DNA of 63,860 nucleotides. Source: Gracilinanus agilis (Eukaryota). The stretch lies in NCBI RefSeq assembly GCF_016433145.1, contig NC_058133.1, positions 207,999,725 through 208,063,584 of the forward strand, written 5' to 3'. The notes beneath the pieces were generated by a model that saw nothing but the letters and a program-made list of their open reading frames with translations, ran no database searches and was not told the DNA's origin. Of this stretch, positions 35,851 to 49,419 are shown in pieces (position 1 is the first letter of the stretch; every line of letters starts with the position of its first letter). The position numbers were made by a program, and so were the translations under genes.

Positions 35851-38400
35851 TCTTAGGAGCATCCGGACACATTCCAGGATGCTGAAGGCATGTATACAAC
35901 TTCCCTTCCCTAGGATATCTTGCCAAGGGATTTCAGAGAATTTTCTTTGTCATTTTACACACAACATGATTATTGATTACTGATTCTCTTACACAATTAT
36001 TCAATCAAAAATTGGGATTTTCCCTTACTATTTAATCTGTGGTTACAATTTATCATTATAATACTGACCATCTAATAGAATTACATGTAGAGGATATAAT
36101 TCCCAAAAGCCGTAAAACAATGAATATAAACTGTTTTAAACTGTTTAACTAGGTTATCTTTTTATATATTATCTTTCTTATAGAACCACTATGAGGAAAA
36201 GTGCTTTCTAAACTTTAAAATGCTATATAATTGTCAATTATTACTGTTGTCACAGTAGAGTAGTCCAGGTCTGATCAATGGCCATTGACTCAGTGCTCTA
36301 TATTTCTTTGCTTATCCAAGGCAAAGCTTTATTTTTTGTGGCCATGGAGAAAGTATCAGACCATGGGCATTCCATTAGGTGCTACAGCTAAGTCCTTGGA
36401 GTGCACAAAAGGATGCTCAGTGTATATAATTAATCTTATAGCTGAATTGAGAAGATGCAGGATTAAATAGCATGGCAGAAAATTAAGAGACAAATAAGCA
36501 TAATGCAGAATAGGGTGCTACTGGAACATTCCAGGGAAGGGTATAACAAATTAAATGGAAAATTAAGCAGTATACAGAATGAGTATTTTTTTATTGTTCT
36601 GCCTAGAGGCAGAAACGATTCCTATAGGAAAGATAATTTCCCATAGTACATCAAGTTAACAATGTCCAGTCTACTTATAGCCCCTCTTTTCAGTAATGTC
36701 AAGATTCAGAAGTATACCAGAAAGGGACAGACTTTCCAATTTCCACATACCACCCCTCCTTTTGTGCTTTTAGAACATAAGGGTTATCCTGAAATTCAAG
36801 ACTTTCCTTATAATCAGTGAGGACGAGTAGGCTAATATCCTTCCTTATGGACAAGTGACACTTACAGGAGTCAAAGGTCATGATGTAGAACTCATTTATT
36901 TAGGAGAGATTAAAAGTTGTGGTTGCCTGGCACAAAGGTCTTTTCTCAATCATGACCAAAAGGACAAAGACAATGATACCCATATGGGTAAAGGACATAG
37001 TTATAATTCCCACGGTTCACCCTCCAATTTTAATGAAGCTAGCCAGCTATCCAATTAACAAAACATATGGCTCCTTGTTTGAGATTGTCATGTAATCTAT
37101 TAACTATGTATATAGTTCATCTAATCTTTAAGGTTTCCTGGTTAGTTGATATAGAGGTTGCACCTTCTTTTTACTCCCCACTTGTACTAGCAAAGTTGAG
37201 ACCTCAGGAAGTCCTCTATTTCTCTCTTCAGAATTTTAGGAATAAGTCTGAGGAGCTATCTTCCACTACTGTTACTCACAAGCCCCCATCTGTGCATTAT
37301 TCCCAATATTAATCAACTGGTTAATATCAATTAGCTTTCATAAAAGAATGTTTTATAGCAAGACAATATAGCATGAAGAGAGATTGTAGAAACGTTGCCC
37401 AAACGAATTTGCTCGCATTCCATCTGTGAAGAGGATGGCCCTAAATGTCCAAGATATTCCTTCTCCTCACACCCTAAGGTGTGTATAATGTCCCTGAGGA
37501 GAGTGGCCTCAAATGTGTAGGACAGAGATATTGCAACACACATAGACAGAACGTATGGGGTGAAGGTATACCTCATGAAAGCCCTGGGAGACCATTTATT
37601 TTATTCCCTCAAAGTTTAATTCTGGGTATGGTGTTGCTAATGGAGAATGGAGAAGTTTTTCCCTTTTCCAATTGGGTTAGTTCCTTGTGGATGTAGTGAA
37701 TCAGCTGATAGATCAGTCTACTTTTGGACTGGGTCAAGTAGATCTCTCCCCAAGGCTGGCTCCCTGATGGGCTTGGCTGCTGCTGCTACAATCCCTCTTG
37801 GTCCCTGCTATTGACTACAGTTGCTGAGGGAACCTCTGCTATCTCCTCCAACCTTTTGAGCCTTACGAGGTCATGATCTAGTCCATTCCATTTTTGGACC
37901 ATTAAGTGAAGGGACCATTTATTCACTTAAGATCAGGAAAGGATAACCAAAGAAGAAACAGGTACCATGTATTCAGGAATGCATAGCAAACACGTGGGGA
38001 GATAAAATAACCTCAGACCCTCCCCCCACTCAGAGGCTTATGGCAACTTTCCCTTACCTAAAAATGAAGAGTGATGAAGAGGAAAGATTGTCACTTGAAC
38101 CCTTTATAAGTCCACTTTGTTCCAGCTCAGCCTGCATTATTAGTTCTCAACCAACAAGAATATTCTTCATCATCCCACAGTAATAGCCCCTCAATTAGAA
38201 TAAGGCTCCCAGTTGGAATTAGCCCCATCATGGTTGGAATAAGGCTCACGAAAATTCCATGATTGAATTGGATTGAAACCAGGCAGGCTCATGCTCCAAG
38301 GGCTAGGTATTCATGGGCCCGTCTTCCTATTACACTGGAAAAATAACAGATAGAGATTTGCTCATTTAACCTACTTTCCTACTGCCTTTTTGAATGAATG

Positions 38401-38647
38401 TGTGGGAGCCAACATCCAGTTTCTCCTATAATAGTTAGGTTTCTCATAGCTGTTTGTGCTAGGAGCACTATCCTGACCCTTTGCCCATGCAGGTGAATTA
38501 ACTTGAGGCATACTTAATGCCTCCCTTTGTTGAATATCCTATGCCTGCTAAATAAAACTGTCGAATAACTTATGCATTTCTCATTTTATTCCAATATTGA
38601 ACTTCAACTACCAGGGGACTGGCCTGAGCAAGACCCAGCCCTCCACA
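38401..38647 (+). mobile_element. Probable short solo LTR (ERV2-like ends)
   Basis: TGTGGGAG...CCCTCCACA ends; internal AATAAA; no clear TSD or polypurine tract. Confidence 0.45.
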
Positions 38648-40885
38648 CCATTTTATTTATTTTTTTTTTAAGAAAAAAAGATTGTGGTCTATTCTACTGA
38701 TGTTTTTTTTCTGAAGGCAAAAAGCTTCTTGCTTTACTTGTAAAGAAGGAAGTACATGATAATATTTGATTTCTCTTTCATGGTACACCATGTCTGAACA
38801 TTTTATTATTTTCAGCTGTCAAAATAAAATGCCTCTATAACAACAACATTGTCATCCTATCCCTTTGCTAACTGGGACATAATCTGTCTGCTGTGAAATC
38901 TACATTTCACAGATATAAAATAGAGAGGTTTCCCTTGTGTCTCTGCAAGGGCTCATGGTAACAGGCCCAGCAGTTAGTTTGGTTTAGGTCACTAACATTT
39001 TGGTAAATGAAAGTTACAAAAGAGTTATCAATCCTAGGTCCACCAATTTCCTCATCTTCAATTTTCTCATCTCTAAAATGGGAAGCTCTACAAGTCTGCC
39101 TATACTACTCCCCTTGGATGGCTTAAGGAAAAAATCTATAAAAGCAATGAAGATGAGCAGGGCAACTAGGTGGCTCAGGAAATCCTGGGCTCAAATTTGG
39201 CCTCATGCACTTTCTAGCCGTCTGATCCTGAGCAAGTCACTTAACCCCCATTGCCTAGCCCTTACCACTCTTCTGCCCGGAACCAATATTCGGCATTGAT
39301 TCTAAAATGAAAGGTAATTTTAGAAAATAAAATAAAAAAATAAAAGCAATGAAGGGTCACTCTGTGAAAAATAGTCAAAGGATTGCTAAGGAAGTTAGAT
39401 GCCAGGAAGTGACTTTGTTCTTTTTACAGAAGGTATAATGGCAATACTGAAGATCTTCATTCTAGAGTGGCAAATCCTCTTGAACAATGGTCAATTTGCC
39501 CACCACTTGATTTATCCTCTTTTTTTTTTAAACTCTTTCCTTTCATCTTAGAATCAATACTGTATATTTGTTCCAAGGCATAACAGCAGTAAGGGTTAGA
39601 GCCTAGGCATTGGGAGTGAAGTGACTTGCCCAGGGTCACACAGCTAGGAAGTGTCTGAGCTCAAATTTGAACCTAGGACCTCCTATCTTTAGGTCTGGTT
39701 CTCAATTTACTAAGCCACCCAGCTGCCTCTTCACTTATCTTCTGGTCTTTTACAAATTTACAAATTTTTACAAATTCATTTACAAATGAAGTTTCAAAAA
39801 ACCCAGAGAGCAGTTATGGTAGAATTAGGAACATTATGAAGACCTGTTATAGATTAAGAGATATCCGAAAGGAGAGAGTAATTCAAACAAGAAGAGCACT
39901 AGGGGGAGAATAGTCCATTTAAAAATCATCCCTCTAGTTTATTAATTATAGTTTCTCTTTTTAAATAACTTTTTTTAGTTTTACCACTGTTAACTCATAA
40001 AACAGCAATATTTAAATGGGCTGGTAATTTGGCCTCAGAAACTTCCTTGCAGTGTGACTCTGGCCAATCACTAAACCCCACTTGTCTAGCCCTTACAACT
40101 CTTCTGCTTTGGAAGCAATATTTAGTTTCAATTCTAAGACAAAAGATAAGAGTTTAATATATATGAGTTAGATGGGAGACCATAGTGCCTGGTAGCCCTA
40201 AATACCTCAGCAAAGTCCAATATGGTATTCTGTTCCAATATGATATTCCTTAAAACTGTTTCTTTATACTCATATTTTTCAGTTTTTAATAAGCAAAACT
40301 TCTGCCCCCCCTTTGAGCCATCAAAGCATTCACATAAAAGTGAGATATCATCTTATATGTTTTATAAGATGATTTAGTTTTTACATTTACACAATTCATT
40401 TTCTGTCCCAAACTTCTCAAAGATTATATGAAAGCTATTTCTTCAGATCATAGTCAAAAATATGTGTATTTTTTATTTTAGTGATTGTTATAAAACCAGT
40501 TCTTTTTCTACTCTTTTTAGGTAATAAGATATCCTCCTATATCAATAGCACTATCTTACATCCTTTGCAGTTGATTTAAAAAAACTATATTTTCTGCATT
40601 TTTTTTGATAGTGTGCTCTATATAAAAAGGGTCTTAAAGGGACAGTACCTTCTACTAGTAATACTTGTGACTCTGCAGTAGATCAGTAATCTGCAGTTTT
40701 TGAACCAGGGCACTGAGCTGTATGTGTGTGGGTTGAGGAGGTGGGGAAAAGAAACACCTCCTTCCTGCAACTTGCCCTTCTACCTCACTATATAATACCT
40801 AGCCTGTGGTACAACCATTCTCAAGCTATCATTTTTAGGGCTCTGTTACTGTGGCACCTTATCCTCATGATCCCCCAACCTCTAG

Positions 40886-41078
40886 CAGTGATTCCCAAAG
40901 TGGGCGCCACCACCCCCTGATGGGTGCTTCAGTGATCCAGGGAAGCAGTGATGGCCACAGGTGCATTTGGGGGTGGTGAATAACTATAAAGGGGCAGTGA
41001 TAGTATGTGACAGGGGGTGCTAAGAAATATTTTTTTCTGGAAAGGGGGTGGTAGACCAAAAAAGTTTGGGAACCACTG
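40886..41078. mobile_element. hAT MITE, same family as 23608-23796
   Basis: Near-identical internal sequence and TIRs; the flanking 8-mers (ACCTCTAG / CAAGGGAA) do not match. Confidence 0.88.
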
Positions 41079-42048
41079 CAAGGGAATACAAGCTGAACTT
41101 TCTACAAGGGTTTGCTCATTTGGCTGTCCTCTACATAGTTCCAGCTGCTGCCACCTGCTAATGAATTTGCCCTAAGCATAAGAGTCTCTAGTTGCATCAC
41201 TCCCTAATACAGTACTCATGGGATCCTAGGAGCATAGATCTTGAGTTGCAAGCAACCTCAGAGGTCATCTAGTTCAATGCCTTCATTTTACAGGAGAAGA
41301 AATGGGCCCAGAGAAGTTAAGCAACTTGCCTATGGTCATATACATAGTAATTATCCAAAGATTTCTTGATGGTTCATAGCAAACACTCTTTTTTTAACCA
41401 TTCAAAAGGCAACTCTACACATGGACATCATCAAATAGTCAATATCGAAATCAGATCTATTATATACTTTGCAGCCAAAGGTGAAAAAACTCTAAACAGT
41501 CAGTTAAAACAAGACCTGGAGTTGACTGTGGCTCAGATCATGAGCTTCTTTTTTAAATTTCAAACTTAAATTGAAGTATGGAAAACCATCAGACTTTATA
41601 AATATGACCTAATTACATCCCTTATGAATATAAAGTAGAAACGAATAGATTTAAGGGATTAGATCTGGTACATATGCCTGAAGAACTATGAACAGGGGTT
41701 TGCAAGACTGTACAAAAGTAAGAAAAGTACAAGAGAGCAAAATAGCTATCTGGTGAGGCTTTACAAATAACTGGGGGAAAGAAGGGAAACGAAAGGGAAA
41801 GATATGTCCAGCCAAATGCAAAATTCCAGAGAAGAGTAAGGAGAAATAAAAAAGTTTTCTTAAATAAGCAATGCAAAGAAATAACAGAAAATAATGGAAT
41901 GGAAAAGATAAGAAATCTTTTCCAGGAAATTAGACATACCAATGGAACATTTCATGGGAAAATGGGAATAATAAAGGACAAAAATAATAGGGACTATAAA
42001 GCAGTAATTATCAAAACTATCTGGTACTGGATAAGAAATAGAAATGTA

Positions 42049-43171
42049 AGAAGGGAAACAACAAATTGGGAAAAAATCTTTATAACAAAAAACTCTGACA
42101 GGGGTCTAATTACTCAAATATACAAGGAGTTAAACCAATTGTATAAAAAATCAAGCCATTCCCCAATTGATAAATGGGCAAGAGACATGAATAGGCAATT
42201 TTCAGATAAAGAAATCAAAAGTGTCAATAAGCACATGAGAAAGTGTTCTAAATCTCTAATAATTAGAGAAATGCAAATCAAAACAATTCTGAGGTATGAC
42301 CTCACACCTAGCAGATTGACTAAAATGAAAGAAGGGGAGAGTAATGAATGTTGGAGGGGATGTGGCAAAACTGGGACATTAATGCATTGTTGGTGGAGTT
42401 GTGAACTGATCCAACTATTCTGGCTGGCAATTTGGAACTATGCTCAAAGGGCTATAAAAGAATGCCTGCCCTTTGATCCAGCCATACCATTGTTGGGTTT
42501 GTACCCCAAAGAGATCATAGATAAAAAGACTTGTACAAAAATATTTATAGCTGTGCTTTTTGTAGTGGCAAAAAACTGGAAAATGAGGATATGTCCTTCA
42601 ATTGGGGAATAGCTGAACAAATTGTGGTATATGCTGGTGATGGAATACTATTGTGCTCAAAGGAATCATAAACTGGAAGAATTCCATGTGAACTGGAAAG
42701 ACCTCCAGGAATTGATTCAGAGTGAAAGGAGCAGAGCCAGAAGAACATTGTACACAGAGACCAATACACTGTGGTAAAATAGAACATAATGGACTTCTGT
42801 ACTAGCAACAATGCAATGACCCAGGACAGTTCTGAGGGATTTATGGAAAAGAACACTACCCACATTCAGAGAAAGTACTACAGGAGTGGAAACAGAAGAA
42901 AACTGCTTGAACACATGGGTTGAGGAGGACATGATTGGAGATGTAGACTCAAAACTACCACACCAATGCAACTATCAACAATTTGGAAATAGGTCTTGAT
43001 CAATGACACATGTTAAAACCAGTGGAAATGCGCATCTGCCATGGGGGGGGGGGAGGGGGACGTCAGGGGGGTGAAGGGGAAAGTAAGAGCATGAATTATG
43101 TAACCATGTTAACTTTTCAAAAAAATAAATATTAATAAATGCTTAAAAAAACTACTCCTAGACAGAAAAAA
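42049..43171 (+). mobile_element. Young 5'-truncated L1 (ORF2 C-terminus and 3'UTR) inserted in an older L1
   Basis: ORF2 C-terminal peptide (NECWRGCGKTGTLMHCWW); G-rich 3'UTR; A tail; 16-bp TSD AAGAAATAGAAATGTA (42033-42048, 43172-43187). Confidence 0.9.
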
Positions 43172-43189
43172 AAGAAATAGAAATGTAGA

Positions 43190-45247
43190 TCAGTAGAACC
43201 GAATAGATATACAAGAAACAATTGTAAAAAATTATAGTAACCTTTTATTTGACATAAGTATAGATCTAAGCTATTTGGATAAGAAATCACTATTTGGTAA
43301 AAATTACTGGGACAATTGAAAAGTAGTTTGACATAAATTAGGTATAGACCAGTAATATTCAGTAAGATCAAAATAGATAGATGATTAAGACATAAAAGGA
43401 GATATAAGCAAATTACAAGAACAGGAAACATATTACCTATCATATTTGTGGACAGCAGAGGAATTTCTGAGTAAACAAGAGATCAAGAGCATTGTGAGAA
43501 GTAAAATGGATCATTTTAAGTACATTAATTTTTATTTTAATAACAAATTTCCACATGAGTTTTCTGAAGTTATATCATCCAAATTGTCTCCCTCCCTTCT
43601 TCTCCCCCTAACCCTCAGCTGATAAGCAATTCAGTCTGGGTTGTACATGCATTATCATGCAAAACATGTTTCTATATTATTCATTTTTGTAAATGAATAA
43701 TCTTATAAAATCAAAACCCTAAAACATATACCCAAATAAACAAGTGATAAATCATATCCTTCCATCTGCATTCTTACTCCAACAGTTCTTTTTCTAAAGT
43801 TGGATAGCATTCCTTTTCTTTTTTTAAATTTGTTTATTTGATTAATTAATTTAGAATATTTTTCCATGGTTACTTGATTCATATTCTTTCCTTCCCTTCC
43901 TCTTTCCCCCTCCCCTAGCCAACAAGCAATTCAGCTGGGTTTTACATGTATCATTGATCAAGATCTATTTCTATATTATTAATATTTGCAATAGAGTGAT
44001 CATTTAGTCTATATCCCCAATCATATCCCCATTGAACTATGTGATCAAGGAAATGTTTATCTTCTGTGTTTCTACTCCCACAGTTCTTTCTATGGATACA
44101 AAAAGAGTTCTTTTTTCATAAGTCCCTTGGAATTGTTCTGGATCATTGTATTGCTAATAGTAGGTAAATCTATCACATTTGATTGTTCCACAATATTGCT
44201 GTTACTATGTACAATGTTTTCCTGGTTCTGCTTATTTCACTCTGCATCAGTTCATGTATGTCTCTAGCTCTTTCTGAAATTATCCTGTTCATCATTCCTC
44301 ATAGCACAATAGTATTCCATCAGTGCCACATACCACAGTTTGTTTAGCCATTCCTCAATTGAAGGACATACCTTTAGTTTCCAATTCTTTCCCACTACAA
44401 AGAGAGCAGCTATAAATATTTTTGTACAAACAGGTCTTTGCCCATTTAAAAAAAGTTCTAAGCACATTAAATTGAAAAGATTTTGTACCCCCCAAAAATG
44501 TTGCCAACTTTAGAAGGAAAGTAGAAAATTGGGAAAGAATTTTCATAGATAGTCTCTTGGATAAAGGTCTCATATCTAAAATATAGAGAAAACTTTGTCA
44601 AATCTATAATAAGATAAATGGGTAAAAGATATGGACAGTTTTCATATGAAGAAATCACAGCCTTAAATAGGTATGTGAAAAAATGCTCTAAATCACTACT
44701 AATTAGAGAAATACAAACCAAAACAATTCTGAGGTATCATCTCACACCCACCAGATTGGCTAAAATGATGAAAGAGCAAAATGACAAATGTGGGAGGGTC
44801 TGTGGGAAAATGGGGACAATAAAACACTGTTGATGAAACTGTGAATTGATCCAACCATTTTGGAGATCAAATTGGAATTACTCCTAGTTATAAGACTGTG
44901 TGTTTCCAAAGGACATTAGTGGAAAAGGAAAAGAACCTATATGTTCTAAAATATTTATAGCAGCTCCTTTTGTGGTGGCAAAGAACTGGAAATGGAGAGA
45001 CTATCCATCAACTGGGGAACGGCTAAACAAATTGTGGGCTATGATTGTGATATAATACTACTGTGCCATAAAGAACAATGAGCAGATTAATTTTTTTTAA
45101 AGCTTGGAAAGAATTACAGGAGATAATAACAAGTGAAACAAGTAGAACAAAGAGAACATAATATATAGCTACAAACTTAATACATGAAGAATAACTTATG
45201 AATGTTCACCTCTAGAAAATGAACTTAAAAATGGAAACAAGAAAATT

Positions 45248-45310
<63 letters not shown>

Positions 45311-45400
45311 CTGTTTGTTGGATGATGCCTTCTATAGTGTAGGGAGAGGAAAGAGGGCCTAAGATATCTGGAAATAAATTCAATTAACCATTTGTTTGTT
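43190..45400. mobile_element. Older L1 pieces in both orientations
   Basis: L1 ORF2/3' peptides in ORFs 44264-44467 (-) and 44618-44833 (+); boundaries approximate. Confidence 0.75.
45258..45308. repeat. (TG)n microsatellite
   Basis: Direct read. Confidence 0.98.
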
Positions 45401-45972
45401 TTTAAATAGAAGAGACTTAACAGAAGCAGAAGAACCTAAGAAGAGGTGGCCAAAATCCACAGAACTATACAGGAGAGAGCTTAACATTACCAATAACTTT
45501 GTTGGTGTAGTTACTGATCTGGAGCCAGATATCCATGAAAATGAAGTCAAGTGAGTCTAAGGAACTTTTGCTAACAATAAGACCAGTGGCAGTGATGGAA
45601 TTCCAACTGAGCTATTTAAAATCTTAAAAGATGATGCTATCTCAACAAAGGCCACTAGATTGGAAAAGAACAGTTTACATCCCAATTCTAAAAAAAAGGA
45701 AATGCCAAATATTGTTCAAATTACCATGCAATTGTACTCTTTTCACACACCAGCAAGATTATGCCCAAGATTCTACAAGCTACAGTATGTGAACTGAGAA
45801 TTACCTGATGACCAGACTGGTTTTAAAAAAGGTAGAGGAAGTAGAGACCAAATTGCCAATATTCACTGGATTATGGACAAAACAAGGAAGTCCCAGAAAA
45901 AAAATCTACTTCTTTACTGACTACATTAAAGCCGTTGTTTGTGTGGATCACAAGAAAATGTGTCATAGTCCT

Positions 45973-46695
45973 TGTGAAGATGGGATTGACTCTTCCCTTG
46001 CCTACTTTTAAATTTAATCAACCAAAAGCATAGACACTCCTAACACTAAATAGGGGAGATCCACAAGCCACTTGCTAAAGTGGGTGACAACTCAGAAATG
46101 ACTGACCACCCCCCGGGCAGTGCTAAGCAATTTTAAGACTGTATTTAAAGTAGAGAAAGGGACAGGAAGTGACATGAAAGGGACAATAAAAGGTGATGAA
46201 CTTCCTGTCCAAGAGGTCTGGACCTGAATTTTTGGGTTGAAGGAGCTTGGACTGGGACTGTGGCTCTTGGACTGCTTCTGGTAAGACTGCTCCTGGATTT
46301 TCTCCCTTTGGATTTTCTCCTGGTAAATAAAAAGCTGACCTTCCTTTCTTGGCTTCTGGAGAGATTAGTTCTGGAAAGGCCTCTCCTTCTTGGAGGAGGC
46401 CTTGTGGGTTGAACCCTTGCTTAATTCAAGGCCAAGTTCTCTGGCTGAGAGGTTAAGCAGCCCTGTGTGGGTTGAGCTGGGGACTGGAGCAACATTTAGA
46501 GTGATAAGCTAGACTTCTTACTCTACCCTCTCTTTCATTTCTCTACTTTCACTCTCCTCCTTTTTTTTTTGTAAATAAAAGCTGTTAAAAGTAATTTTGA
46601 CTTGGGCTGTATTAATTTTAAAATCAGAGACCACAGTATTACCTTAAAATTGTCATATATATATTTAGTTCAACTATAAAATTTAATTCCGTACA
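45973..46695 (+). mobile_element. Solo LTR (ERV1-like, 4-bp TSD) inserted in an RTE element
   Basis: TG...CA ends; TSD TCCT on both sides; internal AATAAA; RTE sequence resumes across it. Confidence 0.85.
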
Positions 46696-47038
46696 TCCTC
46701 AAAGTGATGGGAGTTCTAGATCATCTTGCTTGTCTTGTCTCCTGAGGAACCTGTATTAAAGTCAAGAAGCAACAGTTAGAATTGAATATGGAACAACTGA
46801 TTGGTTTAAGATTGAGAAAGGAGTAAAACAAGGCTGTATATTGTCATCTTATTTATTTAACTTATATGCAGAATGTGAAATGTCAGGCTAGACAAATAAA
46901 AACCAATAATTAAGGTTGCTGGGAGAAATATCAACAATCTCAGATATGGAGATGATGCCATCTTGATGGCAGAAAGTGAAGAATTAAGAAGCCTCTTGAT
47001 GAGAGTGAAAGAGAAGAATATAAAAGCTAGCTTGAGGC

Positions 47039-47040
<2 letters not shown>

Positions 47041-47072
<32 letters not shown>
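47041..47072. repeat. (CA)n microsatellite within the RTE
   Basis: Direct read. Confidence 0.98.
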
Positions 47073-47076
<4 letters not shown>

Positions 47077-49419
47077 GATCTTGGTAACTGGTCCCATCAC
47101 TTCCTGACAAATAGAGGGAAAAGAAATAAAAGCAATGTCAAATTTTTTTTTATTCTTGAGGTTAAAGATCACTGGAGATAGCAGCTGTAGGCATGAAATT
47201 AGAAGAGGCTTGCTCCTTGAAAGAAAAGCTATGGCAAATCTGAATATCATACTAAAAAGGAGAGACATTACCTTCCTGTCAAAGATCTTTATAGTCAAAG
47301 CTATGGTTTTTCCAGTAGCAATGCATGGCTATGAGAATGAACTATAGGGAAAGCTAAGTGATGTAGAATTAATGCTATCAGATTGTGTTGTTAGAGAAGA
47401 CTTTGGAGAGTCCCTTGGATAGCAAGGAGATCACATCAGTCAATACTTAAAGAAATTAATTCAGACTGTTCATTGGAAGGTCAAATACTGAAGCTGAAGC
47501 TTAAATACTTTGACTAAATAATGAGAAGACCAAACTCACTAGAAAAGATTCTGATGCTAAGAAAGATTGAAAGCACAAGGAGAAAATGAATATGAGCTTC
47601 AGGAAATAGTGGCAAATAACAAGTGTCCAAAGTGCTCTAAAGTCCATGGGGTAATGAAGAGTAGGACATGACTGAACAACTAAATAATACACAATTAGGA
47701 TTTGAGCCTAGGTCCTCTTTTGCCTAAGGAAGTTCTCTTTCTGTTGTCTCAGTCCTTTGCTTCCCATGACTTCATCCTCTAAGACACTTTACAAAGCCCT
47801 AAAAGACCTCAGTTGACTTCAAGATACACATGAACAGAAGGTAGATGGGTTTAGAAATAAAGTAGGTTTAGAAATCATCTCTTCCTCTGCTTCTTATGGC
47901 TAGGAGGAGGGGTCCCAAGCATAGAACATGTTAAATTAAATCATAGGCTGTTAGTTAGAACATGAAGGAATCTTAGAGTGAGTATCTAGTCTAATATCTT
48001 TACTATTCAGAGTAAGAAGTTGAAGCTCAGAGTTGGGGTATAATCTGCTATCCTTTGTTTTAATTTTATTTGTATTCTCTATAATATTGATACAGCTAAT
48101 AAATTATTATATGATCCTTAATGGTGATCTAGTACAATAAGCCTATGAGTTTGTGGCTTGAAATTGAGAGAAGGGCAGCCAATCCAGAGAAGGAGAGACT
48201 TTCTTTGGTTTCTAGTCTGGGGTAGAAGCAAAGAGTCCTTTGAGAAAGAGTTCATATACTTTCTGAGCATATTTCAGAGTATATCAATTAGAATACTGAC
48301 CGAATTTAAAAAAAGGATGACAATTACATGGATTTCCTCCAGGGACCTTTTGACACCATTGCTGGTATGTTGAATTGCTTGATATTAAATGACCCTTTAT
48401 ATACACGCTCAGGACAACTAGGTGGTGCAGTGGATAGAGCACTGGCAGGAAGACTCAGTTTCCTGAATTCAAATATGGCCTCAGACACTTAACTAACTTT
48501 ATGGGGGGGGGGGGAGGTCACTTAACTTTGCCTCACTTTCTCATCTATAAAATGAGTTGGAGAAGTGAATGTCAAACTACTCCTGTATCTTTGCCAAAAA
48601 AAAAAAACACAAAAAAACTGAAAAGGGGTTATAAAGAGTTGGATACTACTGAACAACATATACAGTCTTTGCTTCACTTTGGAGATAACCTCCCTTAAAT
48701 TTACTTTGTATTAGGCTTTGGGGAAGATACAAAGTTATTTAAACTTTAGATGAAACCTAAGACTTATTCTCTTAAGAAGCTCTGCTCATATGGGAAGAGG
48801 TTGGCATAGTTGTAAGCTGCAATGTTATAAGATAAGACCATTTATAGAGACATACAAAATAAAGTTCTGTAGAGACAAAGGGGAGTTCTTGACTGATTAG
48901 CACCAAGGAAGGCTTCATGGAGAAGGAAGCATTCGAATTGGGCTTTCAATAATAGGTAGGAATTCAACAGGCAGGTAGGAGGACTTTGATTCAATCCTGC
49001 TTCTGATGTTTACTTCCAGTGTGACTGGTCAAATCACTTAACTTCTTTGAGCCTCAGTTTCCTCATCTGTAAAAGGAGGGTTAGACTAGACAGCCTCTGA
49101 GGTGCCTTCCCTCTTTCGATCCAGACGCATTTCATCCTTCTATAAAGGACGGATGAAATTCTAGGCAGAGGGAAAAGCATGAGCAAAGTCTCAGAAAAGA
49201 TAAAAGTACAGGTCCCCTACACCAAGTTTCTGAGCAAGTCAATTAACCCCGCCTGCCTCAGTTTCTTCGTCTGTAAAATGAGCTGGAGAAGGAAATGACA
49301 AACCACTCCATATCTTTGCCAAGGAAACCTCAAAGGAGGTTACGAAAAATCGGACACGACTTAAAAATGTCTAAAGGAAAAAAAGGAAAACAAAAATATG
49401 AATGAACGTAAGCTCAAAG

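Larger units (their letters stand above)
41365..47685 (+). mobile_element. Fragmented RTE (BovB-like) LINE split by L1s and an LTR
   Basis: RTE ORF remnants at about 41365-41995, 45405-45972 and 46696-47685; ends TGACTGAACAAC. Confidence 0.8.

Noticed and set aside
36977-36990. Perfect 14-bp palindrome TACCCATATGGGTA
   Set aside because: A few such palindromes are expected by chance in 64 kb.
37330-37640. Echoes of mononegavirus/bunyavirus L motifs (*GHP, KWSP, YGVK, GPSS) and an RNase H-like FTDG-x6-GQR
   Set aside because: Short, in different frames or strands, wrong spacing or order, and no GDN/SDD motif; treated as chance.
41899-42612. 237-aa ORF
   Set aside because: Accidental in-frame fusion of RTE, old L1 and young L1 fragments; not a host gene.
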